A stretch of DNA of 64,000 bases from an uncultured Clostridia bacterium (GCA_934233745.1 CAKQGN010000005.1:37257-101256), one strand, 5' to 3'; shown: positions 46,944-55,321, counted from the first letter of the stretch. Made by a program: numbers and translations. Notes: generated from the letters alone by a model not told the origin.

Positions 46944-47630
46944 ATGGAAGAAAAAGACATTAAAAAAATCGAAAAAACAATCGGATACACATTCAAGGAC
47001 AAATCGCTCTTAAAGCGAGCTTTAACGCATGGTTCGGCATCGAAAAGCGCACTCGAAAACTATCAATCTTTGGAGTTTTTGGGGGATAGTATCCTTGATT
47101 TTATCATTGCAAAACGCCTTATGGAAATAAATCCCAACGCTCACGAAGGTGCATTGACGAGAATCCGCGCCACAATCGTATCAAGAGAACCGCTTGCCGA
47201 AGAAGTGAAAAAGTTGGGGCTTGAAAACTATCTTATCGTCGGCAAAGGCGAAAACGTTGCATACATTTCCTCTCAACCGAAAATCATGTCCGATTTATTT
47301 GAGTCCATGATTGCGGCAATTTATTTGGACAGTAAAAGCATCGATGTTGCCGAAAAGTTTATTCTCTCAAAACTTGCCGATTTGTTGAACGGAAAATGCA
47401 AACATTTCGGAGAGGAAGACTACAAAAGCAAACTCAACGAATTTGCATCGAGGAACGATGTTTCGGTTTCATACGAAGAAATCGAGCGCACAGGCCCCGC
47501 GCACAATCCGACTTTTGTCGTTGAGGTAAAAATCAACACGTTTACGGCAGGGGTAGGCAAAGGAAAAACAAAGAGGGAAGCCGAACAAAACGCCGCAAAA
47601 ATCGCACTTGACGGTATAATGAAAAAGTGA
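46944..47630 (+). CDS. rnc: ribonuclease III
   Basis: Signature LEFLGDSILD. C-terminal dsRBD with GKGKTKREAEQNAAK. Confidence 0.95.
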   Translation: MEEKDIKKIEKTIGYTFKDKSLLKRALTHGSASKSALENYQSLEFLGDSILDFIIAKRLMEINPNAHEGALTRIRATIVSREPLAEEVKKLGLENYLIVGKGENVAYISSQPKIMSDLFESMIAAIYLDSKSIDVAEKFILSKLADLLNGKCKHFGEEDYKSKLNEFASRNDVSVSYEEIERTGPAHNPTFVVEVKINTFTAGVGKGKTKREAEQNAAKIALDGIMKK

Positions 47631-47654
47631 TTGCCAAAGCAAAACGTGCGCACC

Positions 47655-47681
47655 TGCCGCAAAAAAGAGCGGCATGATTTT
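47655..47681 (+). terminator. candidate intrinsic terminator after rnc
   Basis: TGCCGC-AAAAAAGA-GCGGCA followed by TGATTTT. Confidence 0.4.
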
Positions 47682-47715
47682 GAAAATACCGTAAATTATA
47701 TTAAAATTTCAAGAA

Positions 47716-47836
47716 TGTTTCACAAAAGTCGCAAATGAACAATTGCGACTTTTTCAATATTCTAACGCATTAAAATATTAACATCTGTCAAATTTCTTGT
47801 AATGTTTCACAATGCTTGTGAAACTTGTGTGAAACA
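47716..47836. promoter_or_regulatory. cluster of four parS half-site-like motifs (TGTTTCAC / GTGAAACA) upstream of smc
   Basis: TGTTTCAC at 47716-47723 and 47803-47810. (T)GTGAAAC at 47818-47824. GTGAAACA at 47829-47836. No two halves are contiguous. Confidence 0.4.
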
Positions 47837-47849
47837 TCAAAAAAACCGC

Positions 47850-47878
47850 TTGAAAAATGCGTATCGGTATGTTATTAT
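47850..47878 (+). promoter_or_regulatory. sigma-A-type promoter for smc
   Basis: TTGAAA, 17 nt, TATTAT. Confidence 0.5.
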
Positions 47879-47912
47879 GTATAAGTATTAAAATAAGGTC
47901 AGGTATACGATT

Positions 47913-50900
47913 TTGTTAAATTTCGTCAAAATCGAGGCGAGGGGCTTCAAGTCTTTTGCGGATAAAATCGAAATCCCTTTTCAAGAGGGTGTAACGGCGA
48001 TTATCGGCCCGAACGGGTGCGGTAAATCCAACGTTGCCGACGCAATCCGCTGGACGCTGGGTGAGCAAAGCGCAAAATCTCTGCGCGGCAAAAACATGCA
48101 AGATGTCATTTTTGCAGGCACCGAGAAACGCAAAAGCATGTCTTATTGCGAAGTTTCCCTTGTTTTCAACAACTCCGATCAACACATCTTCCCGACAATG
48201 CCGTTTGAAGAAGTGGTTATTACAAGAAAGCTTGACAGAAGCGGTTTGAGTGAGTACTACATAAACCACAATCGTGTTCGCATGCGCGACATTATTTCGC
48301 TTTTTCACGACACAGGCATCGGCAAAGAGGGCTATTCCATCATCGGACAGGGCAGAGTTGCCGAAATCATGTCGGCAAAACCGGGCGACCGTCGTCAGAT
48401 ATTCGAGGAAGCGGCGGGTATTTCCAAATTTCGCGCCCAACGCACCGAGGCGGAAAGAAAGCTTGAAAAAACGGCTGTCAATCTCGAAACGGCAAATCAG
48501 GTTATAGACGAAATTCAAAAACAAATTAACCCCCTCAAAAAACAAGCGGAAACCGCCGAAAAATATTTTGCTTTGAAAGACGACCTCAAAAAGAACGAGG
48601 TCAACTTGTATATTTACAATTACGAGAACAATCAAAGCATCAAACAAAAGATTTACGATCGCCTTGCCGTAAGCGAAAAAGATCTCAAAGTCAAAGAAAT
48701 GCAACTTGCCGAATGCATCAAAAAGTATGACGATTGCATAAGAGAGTCGGCAGGCATCGACCGCCTTTACGACGAAAGCAACAGCGAACTTATTGCACTT
48801 AAAGTCGACGCTGCCAAACTTGAAGGCGCAGCGGGCATTCTGCAAGAAAAAATCAAACACATAAACGGTGAAATCGCTCGTTTGAACAGCGAGCTTCAAT
48901 CGATCGACAACCAACTTGTCGTTTCCGCACAACTCATTCAAAAGGCGGAAGAGAAAAAAGAAGCCGAGTTTGAAATTTATCTTCAAACCAACCGCGAAGC
49001 AGAGGCATTGCAACAAAAATACGCGTCGCTGTCAAAGTCGTTGGCGGGTGCCGAAACCGATCTTGAAGCACGCAATATCGACTATGTAAAAGCGATTGAA
49101 GACCTTGGCGCACTCAAATCGAATTTGTCGGGATTCATTGCCGAAAAGGGCATAAACGACGAGAGAGCAAAAACTCTTTTATCGCTTGTCAATCAACAAA
49201 AAGCACGTCTTGACGAAGAACTTACGAATTTGTCCATTTATGACGGAAAAGTCAAGTCCACAAAGGAACGTATGCGCCAACTTATGAGCGAGTACAACGA
49301 GGCTCTTTCCGCAAAAATGGAAAATCAGGAGGCAATCCAAAGCTATGCGGAGGATATAGTCAGTTTGAATTCCAAACTCGGTCTTGCGCAGGGCAACCTC
49401 AATTTGTTGACGTCTATTAAAAACGAATATTCCGGATATCAGGAAGCCGTCAAACGTCTTATGCAAGACAGCAAACACGACCCCGTGTTGGCATCGAAGA
49501 TATGGGGCGTTTTGGCAGAAGTCATCACTGTTCCGAGCGATTTCGAAGCCGCAATCGAATATGCTTTGGGCGGTGCGATGCAAAACGTGCTTGTCGAAAC
49601 CGAGCGTGACGCAAGCGACCTCATCAACTATCTGAAACAAAAGGGTTACGGCCGTGTCACGTTCAGACCGCTAACATCCTGCCGTCCTCGTCCGCTTACG
49701 GGCGAAAACAGAGGCGTTCTCACGGAACCGGGGTGCTACGGGCTTGCGAGCGATCTTATAAAATACGACAAGAGATTTGACGGATTTGTGCAAACACTGT
49801 TGGGCGGTACTGTCGTCGTCAACAACATAGACAACGCAATCCGCATTTTCAAGAAGTACAACCAATCCATAAAAATCGTCACTTTGGACGGCGAAATTTT
49901 CTCACGCGGCGGTGAAATCACCGGTGGTTCGAGAAGATCTCAGACGCAAGGTTTGCTCGCCCAAGAGAAGAAAATCGAACAAGCACAAGCCAATCTCGAA
50001 AAAATCAAGAACAATATCGCGCTCATCAACAATCAGCGTGCCGAGCGCGAGCAGGAAATCAAGGATTTGTCCGACAAAATAGAGGAGTTAAACCGTGAAA
50101 TCAGTGAGTTGCGCATAGAAAACGGACTCAATGAGGACAAGTCGAAACAATCATATTCCGTCACACAATCTCTGCAAGAGGAAATCACCAAAAACGCCGA
50201 GGAATACGAAATCGTTAAGGCGAGAATCAAAGAGCTTGAAGAAAAGATGAGTTCTATCGATGAGCTTGAAAAAGTCGTTGCCGAAAAGAAAGAAGAGTAT
50301 ACCTCGATGCTCGAAAGCTCAAAGAGCGCAAGCTCCGAGCAGAAGAGCGAGAGAGAGGTCATGGCAGAGGAAGTGACTGAAATCAGGGTCAAACTTGCAG
50401 GACATAAGAGTATTTTGGACTCCTGCGATCAAGAGTTGTTCCGTTACAAACGAGAGAGAGAAAGCCTCGAAGACGAAAAACTCGACATAATTGCGTCCTT
50501 GAAGCTCGAACAGCAAAATCTCGACAATATAACCAACGCTCCCGAAAAGACCACGTTCTCCAAAGAGGATGAGGCTCGTATCGCCGCACTTGAAAAGCAA
50601 ATCGCCGATCTCAATGTCAGAAAGCGTACCATATCGGATGAAATAGTCGCTCTCGACCAGGATAAATCGCGTATTGCGGATGAGAGAATGGCAATAAACG
50701 AAAAGAAAGTGCGAGACGAAAATATGCTCGAAAATGTTGATATCGATATGCGCGCGCAACAACAGCACATTCTCGAAGATTACGATTTGACGTATTCCAG
50801 CGCACTTGAATTCAAGGATCCGGAATTTAAGGCATACGGCTCGCAAACGGTTATAAGCGAACTCAAAAAGTCCATTAACCGCCTCGGCGACGTCAACCCG

Positions 50901-51503
50901 CTTGCACTTCAAACCCTCAAAGAAACAGAGGAAAGATTGCAAGAGCAAACGACTTATCGCGATGACATCCAAAAGGCATATGACGATATCGTCACAATCA
51001 TAAACGAGCTTACGGGCGAAATGCAAACCAAGTTTTCGGACGCTTTCGACCAGATCAGCGAGAATTTCAAGGACGTGTTTCAACAACTCTTCGGCGGTGG
51101 CAAGGGTGAACTTCGCCTCAACATGCAAGACACTGAGGACGTGCTTGAAGCGGGCATCGACATCTATGCCCAACCCCCTGGAAAGAAACTGCAAAATATC
51201 AGCCTTTTGAGCGGTGGCGAGCAAGCATTGACGGCAATTTCAATCCTGTTTGCAATCCTCAAACTCAAACCGATGCCTTTCTGCGTCCTGGATGAAATCG
51301 AGGCGGCTCTCGACGATGCAAACGTCAACTTGTTTGCCGAATTCCTCAAAAAATTCAGCGATTATACGCAGTTTATCGTCATCACGCACAGAAAACCGAC
51401 CATGCGCCACGCAGACACGATTTTCGGTGTCACGATGGAAGAAAAGGGCGTTACAAAGATTGTTTCAATCGAGTTTGAAGAGGCGGCGAAACACGCAAAA
51501 TAA
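47913..51503 (+). CDS. smc: chromosome segregation protein SMC
   Basis: TTG start. Walker A GPNGCGKSN, long coiled coils, hinge, signature LSGGEQALTAI, Walker B FCVLDEIEAALD. Confidence 0.95.
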   Translation: MLNFVKIEARGFKSFADKIEIPFQEGVTAIIGPNGCGKSNVADAIRWTLGEQSAKSLRGKNMQDVIFAGTEKRKSMSYCEVSLVFNNSDQHIFPTMPFEEVVITRKLDRSGLSEYYINHNRVRMRDIISLFHDTGIGKEGYSIIGQGRVAEIMSAKPGDRRQIFEEAAGISKFRAQRTEAERKLEKTAVNLETANQVIDEIQKQINPLKKQAETAEKYFALKDDLKKNEVNLYIYNYENNQSIKQKIYDRLAVSEKDLKVKEMQLAECIKKYDDCIRESAGIDRLYDESNSELIALKVDAAKLEGAAGILQEKIKHINGEIARLNSELQSIDNQLVVSAQLIQKAEEKKEAEFEIYLQTNREAEALQQKYASLSKSLAGAETDLEARNIDYVKAIEDLGALKSNLSGFIAEKGINDERAKTLLSLVNQQKARLDEELTNLSIYDGKVKSTKERMRQLMSEYNEALSAKMENQEAIQSYAEDIVSLNSKLGLAQGNLNLLTSIKNEYSGYQEAVKRLMQDSKHDPVLASKIWGVLAEVITVPSDFEAAIEYALGGAMQNVLVETERDASDLINYLKQKGYGRVTFRPLTSCRPRPLTGENRGVLTEPGCYGLASDLIKYDKRFDGFVQTLLGGTVVVNNIDNAIRIFKKYNQSIKIVTLDGEIFSRGGEITGGSRRSQTQGLLAQEKKIEQAQANLEKIKNNIALINNQRAEREQEIKDLSDKIEELNREISELRIENGLNEDKSKQSYSVTQSLQEEITKNAEEYEIVKARIKELEEKMSSIDELEKVVAEKKEEYTSMLESSKSASSEQKSEREVMAEEVTEIRVKLAGHKSILDSCDQELFRYKRERESLEDEKLDIIASLKLEQQNLDNITNAPEKTTFSKEDEARIAALEKQIADLNVRKRTISDEIVALDQDKSRIADERMAINEKKVRDENMLENVDIDMRAQQQHILEDYDLTYSSALEFKDPEFKAYGSQTVISELKKSINRLGDVNPLALQTLKETEERLQEQTTYRDDIQKAYDDIVTIINELTGEMQTKFSDAFDQISENFKDVFQQLFGGGKGELRLNMQDTEDVLEAGIDIYAQPPGKKLQNISLLSGGEQALTAISILFAILKLKPMPFCVLDEIEAALDDANVNLFAEFLKKFSDYTQFIVITHRKPTMRHADTIFGVTMEEKGVTKIVSIEFEEAAKHAK

Positions 51504-51521
51504 TCGTCGCCAAGGCAACGG

Positions 51522-51770
51522 CATTGCTCAAACGGCGTTGCGGTTATGGCAACCGCCCAAATGTCATTCCGAGGAGCAAAGCGACGTGGGAACCCCCTAA
51601 ACAGAAACGCGACACAGTGGCGATTGCCATTGACCGCACTTGCTCTCGCAATTACTACCGCGCAGAAAATCTTTGCTATCAGTTCGAGCATGGATAAAAA
51701 CTCCTGCCACAGTTCCGCAAGATTGTCTGCTTGGTGGGTGCGCCTTTGGCGCAAGTGGAATATCCAAATC
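51522..51770 (+). repeat. ~250-bp direct repeat, copy 1
   Basis: From CATTGCTCAAACGGCGTTGCGGTTATGGCAACCGCC through GTGCGCCTTTGGCGCAAG. A near-identical copy starts 444 bp downstream. Confidence 0.85.
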
Positions 51771-51965
51771 TTCCTTTTGTCATTGCGAGGAGTAACGGAT
51801 GTTGCGACGTGGCAATCAAGCGGAGCGAAATGCGCCTGATGGCTGGATTCCCACGCTTACGCTCTGAATGACACGGGTGGGACACCCACACCCGATTGTC
51901 ATGTTGAGTGTAGTCGAAACATCTCCTGGAAAGGAAATGATGTAAATTGTCACAAGTATAGCGCA

Positions 51966-52216
51966 CATTGCTCAAACGGCGTTGCGGTTATTGCAACCGC
52001 CCGAATGTCATTCCGAGGAGCAAAGCGACGTGGGAATCCCCTAAATAGAAATGCGACACAGTGGCGATTGCCATTGACCGCACTTGTTCTCGCAATCACT
52101 ACCGCGCAGAAAATCTTTGCTATCGGTTCTAGCAGGGGCAAAACTCCTGCCGCAGTTTCGCAAGATTGTCTGCTTGGTGTGTGCGCCTTTGGCGCAAGCT
52201 GAATATTCCACAATCC
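51966..52216 (+). repeat. ~250-bp direct repeat, copy 2
   Basis: Collinear with 51522-51770. Differs by scattered substitutions and one divergent short patch. Confidence 0.85.
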
Positions 52217-52228
52217 AAACAATGTTTG

Positions 52229-52311
52229 GATATCATCTCACAAAGTGCGATATCACCGTGCAAAGCACGATATCATCTCAAAGTGATATCACCGCCGCAG
52301 GCGATATATCA
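52229..52311 (+). repeat. array of five GATATCA / GATATATCA motifs interleaved with mini-hairpins
   Basis: GATATCA at 52229, 52249, 52269 and 52285; GATATATCA at 52303. CGTGC-AAA-GCACG and CAC-AAA-GTG lie between units. Confidence 0.8.
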
Positions 52312-52342
52312 TTACGCAACGTATATAAATATGGAGTACACT

Positions 52343-53236
52343 ATGGGATTTTTTCAAAAAATCGTTCAAGGTATAAAGAAAACCAAAGACGCGTTTTCAA
52401 AAAAACTGTTTTTTGCATTTTCTGCAAGAGAACTCAATGATGAGTTTTACGAGAATCTCGAAGAAGCGTTGCTCACCGCCGACGTCGGCATAACCGCAAC
52501 CGAAAACCTCATCGATGAACTTAAAGACGAGATTTTTAAGCGTAAAATCAAAAAGCCCGAGGACGCAAAAAGCGTGCTTGCCGAGCTTATGGTTGAGGAT
52601 ATCGACTATGATATTCCCGAATATGAGTATCCGCTTGTCATATTGCTTTCGGGCGTGAACGGTGTTGGCAAAACCACCGCAATAGGCAAACTCGCGCATA
52701 TGTTCAAAGAGCAAGGACGTTCGGTAGTCGTTGCCGCCGCGGATACGTTCAGAGCCGCCGCAAGCGAACAACTCGAAGTGTGGGGTGAGCGTGCCGGGGT
52801 GCGCGTGATTCGTCACAGCGAGGGCGCAGATCCTGCTGCCGTCGTGTTTGACGCTATATCGTCGGCAAAGGCAAAAGGCAATGACGTCGTGCTTGTTGAC
52901 ACCGCCGGAAGACTCCATAACAAGAAAAATCTTATGGCGGAACTTCAAAAGATTTGTCGCGTTGTCGAGCGAGAATTGCCAAATGCGGACTTCCGCAAAT
53001 ATCTCGTTCTTGACGCCACAACCGGTCAAAACGCCGTATCCCAAGCCGAGATTTTCAGCGAGGATATCGACACCGACGGTATAATTCTCACCAAACTTGA
53101 CGGAACGGCAAAGGGCGGCGTGGTGCTTGCCATCAGCGAGGAGCTTGGACTTCCGGTCGTTTACGTCGGTGTTGGCGAAAAAATCGACGATTTGATTCCT
53201 TTCGACGCGAAAGATTTTATTAACGCATTGCTTTGA
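52343..53236 (+). CDS. ftsY: signal recognition particle receptor FtsY (NG domain only)
   Basis: GGAG RBS precedes ATG 52343. GVNGVGKTT, DTAGRLH, TKLDGTAKGG. The ORF-track N-terminal extension lies in repeat DNA and was discarded. Confidence 0.9.
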   Translation: MGFFQKIVQGIKKTKDAFSKKLFFAFSARELNDEFYENLEEALLTADVGITATENLIDELKDEIFKRKIKKPEDAKSVLAELMVEDIDYDIPEYEYPLVILLSGVNGVGKTTAIGKLAHMFKEQGRSVVVAAADTFRAAASEQLEVWGERAGVRVIRHSEGADPAAVVFDAISSAKAKGNDVVLVDTAGRLHNKKNLMAELQKICRVVERELPNADFRKYLVLDATTGQNAVSQAEIFSEDIDTDGIILTKLDGTAKGGVVLAISEELGLPVVYVGVGEKIDDLIPFDAKDFINALL

Positions 53237-53354
53237 GCGCACTATTGAGCGAATAACTGCGTCAGAGTCTGCCCCATAAACAGTCACGTACGCAAAGTAC
53301 GCTCCTGTCTATGTTGACAGGCTCTTTCTTGTTCTTCATCTCAATATTGCGCTC
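53235..53354 (+). repeat. long-hairpin 3'-end element, copy 4
   Basis: 15-nt inverted termini GAGCGCACTATTGAG / CTCAATATTGCGCTC (14/15), the left one overlapping the ftsY stop. Boxes GAGCGAATAACT and TTCTTCATCT. Stem CAGAGTCTGCCCCATAAACAG..CTGTCTATGTTGACAGGCTCT. Confidence 0.75.
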
Positions 53355-53506
53355 AAAATAGCAGTTGAAACTTGTGGAATAGTGCTTAAACCAACATCAG
53401 ACGTTTTAGATATGCGGAATTTTGATTTTTTACAAGTTATTGTTTATCATTTTAATATCATTTGAAAAATTATATATTAAATAATTTATATGTAATGTTA
53501 AAATGC

Positions 53507-53535
53507 TTGACACCTATTTTTATTTGAAGTATTAT
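53507..53535 (+). promoter_or_regulatory. sigma-A-type promoter for ylxM-ffh
   Basis: TTGACA, 17 nt, TATTAT, preceded by a very AT-rich tract. Confidence 0.55.
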
Positions 53536-53566
53536 AGTGTCAAGTTGAAATGCTTGATAGGGTGAT

Positions 53567-53881
53567 ATGGATAGATTTGAGATTTCCACGCTCAGGAGCT
53601 ACTACGGTGCGCTGCTGACTCAAAGACAAAACGATATGCTCGTTATGCACTATGACGAGGATTTGTCTTTTGGTGAAATCGCAAACAGTGTCGGCATATC
53701 ACGTCAGGCGGTTCTCGACGGCATAAACAAGGGTGAGAAGCATCTTTGCGAGTATGAGCAAAAGCTCCGCCTTGTCGAGAAAGACAGAAAAATGCACGCC
53801 GTTATCGATTCGCTTGAAAAGGTTGACGATGACGTGGCAAAACATTGCGCAAAGCAACTTCGGTTGTTATTGGAGGAATAA
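53567..53881 (+). CDS. ylxM: YlxM (UPF0122) putative DNA-binding protein
   Basis: YYGALLTQRQNDMLVMHYDEDLSFGEIANSVGISRQAV. Conserved position immediately upstream of ffh. Confidence 0.8.
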   Translation: MDRFEISTLRSYYGALLTQRQNDMLVMHYDEDLSFGEIANSVGISRQAVLDGINKGEKHLCEYEQKLRLVEKDRKMHAVIDSLEKVDDDVAKHCAKQLRLLLEE

Positions 53882-55213
53882 ATGGCACTTTTTGAAAGCT
53901 TGTCGGACAGAATGAACCATATATTCTCAAAACTCCGCAACAAAGGCAAGTTGACGGAACTTGAGATTAAGCAAGCTATGCGTGAAATTCGCGTTGCTTT
54001 GCTCGAAGCGGACGTAAACTACAACGTCGTGAAGGATTTTACGGCGAAAGTGAGCGAAAAAGCACTGGGCGAGGATATCCTCAAATCCTTGACGCCTGCG
54101 CAACAAATCGTCAAAATCGTCAATGAGGAGCTTTGTGCGCTTATGGGCAGCACGCACCAAAAGCTCGCCGTCAGCGACAAACAACCCACAATCTATATGA
54201 TGTGCGGCTTGCAAGGCGCGGGCAAAACGACGATGTGCGGCAAACTTGCAACCTACCTCAAAAAGCAAAACAAAAAAGTGCTTTTGGTGGCAGGGGATAT
54301 ATACAGACCGGCTGCAATTCAACAACTTCATGTTGTTGCGAAAAAGGCTAATACCGAATGTTTCGATATGGGACAGGTAGATCCCGTCAAGATTGCAAAA
54401 GCAGGCGTTGAATATGCTTTGAAAAACGGTTACGATACGATGATTATCGACACCGCAGGCCGTTTACATATCGACGAAGATCTCATGCAAGAGCTTATCA
54501 ATGTCAAGAATGCCGTCAAACCCACAGAGATTTTGCTTGTTGTCGACAGTATGACGGGACAAGACGCCGTGACGGTTGCCGAAACTTTCAATGCAAAACT
54601 CGACATCACAGGCGTAATTATGACAAAACTTGACGGTGATACGAGGGGCGGTGCGGCACTTTCCATAAAAGCGGTGACGGGCAAACCTATCAAGTTCAAC
54701 GGCACGGGCGAAAAGATGGAAGACTTGGAGCCTTTCCACCCGGAGCGCATGGCGTCGAGAATTCTCGGTATGGGCGATGTGCTTACGCTCATCGAAAAGG
54801 CGGAGTCGGCTATTTCGCAAGAAGAGGCACTCAAACTTCAAAAGAAGCTCAAAGAGAATTCTTTTGACCTCGAGGACTATTTGCAACAGCTTGACAGCAT
54901 GAAAAAAATGGGCAATCTTCAAGATATGATGTCCATGATCCCGGGCTTTTCGGGCAAGCTCAAACAGGGTGCGCAAATCGACGAAAAGCAAATTGCAAAG
55001 ACAAAAGCCATCATTCAATCGATGACTCCCAAAGAAAGACGCAACCCCGACATCATCAAAGCGTCGCAAAAAAAGCGCATCTCGAAGGGTAGCGGAACAA
55101 GTATACAAGAAGTCAATCAGCTGCTCAAACAGTTTGAAATGACAAAAGATATGATGGCAAGAATGCAAAAGGGAGGTCTGAAAGGACTCCGCGGTTTGAA
55201 AGGACTTTTCTGA
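53882..55213 (+). CDS. ffh: signal recognition particle protein Ffh
   Basis: GLQGAGKTT, DTAGRLH, TKLDGDTRGG. Met-rich M domain MKKMGNLQDMMSMIPG. Confidence 0.95.
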   Translation: MALFESLSDRMNHIFSKLRNKGKLTELEIKQAMREIRVALLEADVNYNVVKDFTAKVSEKALGEDILKSLTPAQQIVKIVNEELCALMGSTHQKLAVSDKQPTIYMMCGLQGAGKTTMCGKLATYLKKQNKKVLLVAGDIYRPAAIQQLHVVAKKANTECFDMGQVDPVKIAKAGVEYALKNGYDTMIIDTAGRLHIDEDLMQELINVKNAVKPTEILLVVDSMTGQDAVTVAETFNAKLDITGVIMTKLDGDTRGGAALSIKAVTGKPIKFNGTGEKMEDLEPFHPERMASRILGMGDVLTLIEKAESAISQEEALKLQKKLKENSFDLEDYLQQLDSMKKMGNLQDMMSMIPGFSGKLKQGAQIDEKQIAKTKAIIQSMTPKERRNPDIIKASQKKRISKGSGTSIQEVNQLLKQFEMTKDMMARMQKGGLKGLRGLKGLF

Positions 55214-55222
55214 TAAAAACAG

Positions 55223-55263
55223 CAAAAGTATTCTAAAAAACCGCCAAAAGTATTCTACAAAAC
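55223..55263 (+). repeat. 22-bp-period tandem duplication (two 19-mers, 18/19 identical)
   Basis: CAAAAGTATTCTAAAAAAC and CAAAAGTATTCTACAAAAC. Confidence 0.8.
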
Positions 55264-55321
55264 GCAGAAATATAGAAATATATCAAATAAAATCTTAATC
55301 ACAAATGGAGGATTAACTATT

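Noticed and set aside
47682-47760. Small RNA or mini-ORF between rnc and smc (MFHKSRK; hairpin AAGTCGCAA..TTGCGACTT followed by TTTC)
   Set aside because: No convincing promoter, the ORF is only 7 codons, and the hairpin may simply be a second terminator for rnc.
47916-49016. 366-aa and further 301-aa (50319..51224) minus-strand ORFs inside smc
   Set aside because: Shadow frames of the long coiled-coil gene. The translations are repetitive and motif-free.
51362-52440. ORFs 51362..51754(-), 51546..51839(+), 51679..51975(-), 51950..52222(-), 52084..52440(+), and the 52166 N-terminal extension of ftsY
   Set aside because: They lie entirely in duplicated repeat DNA and translate to the same junk peptides in both copies (for example MSFRGAKRRGNPLNRNATQWRLPLTAL). 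They have no RBS. ftsY has a proper GGAG-ATG start at 52343.
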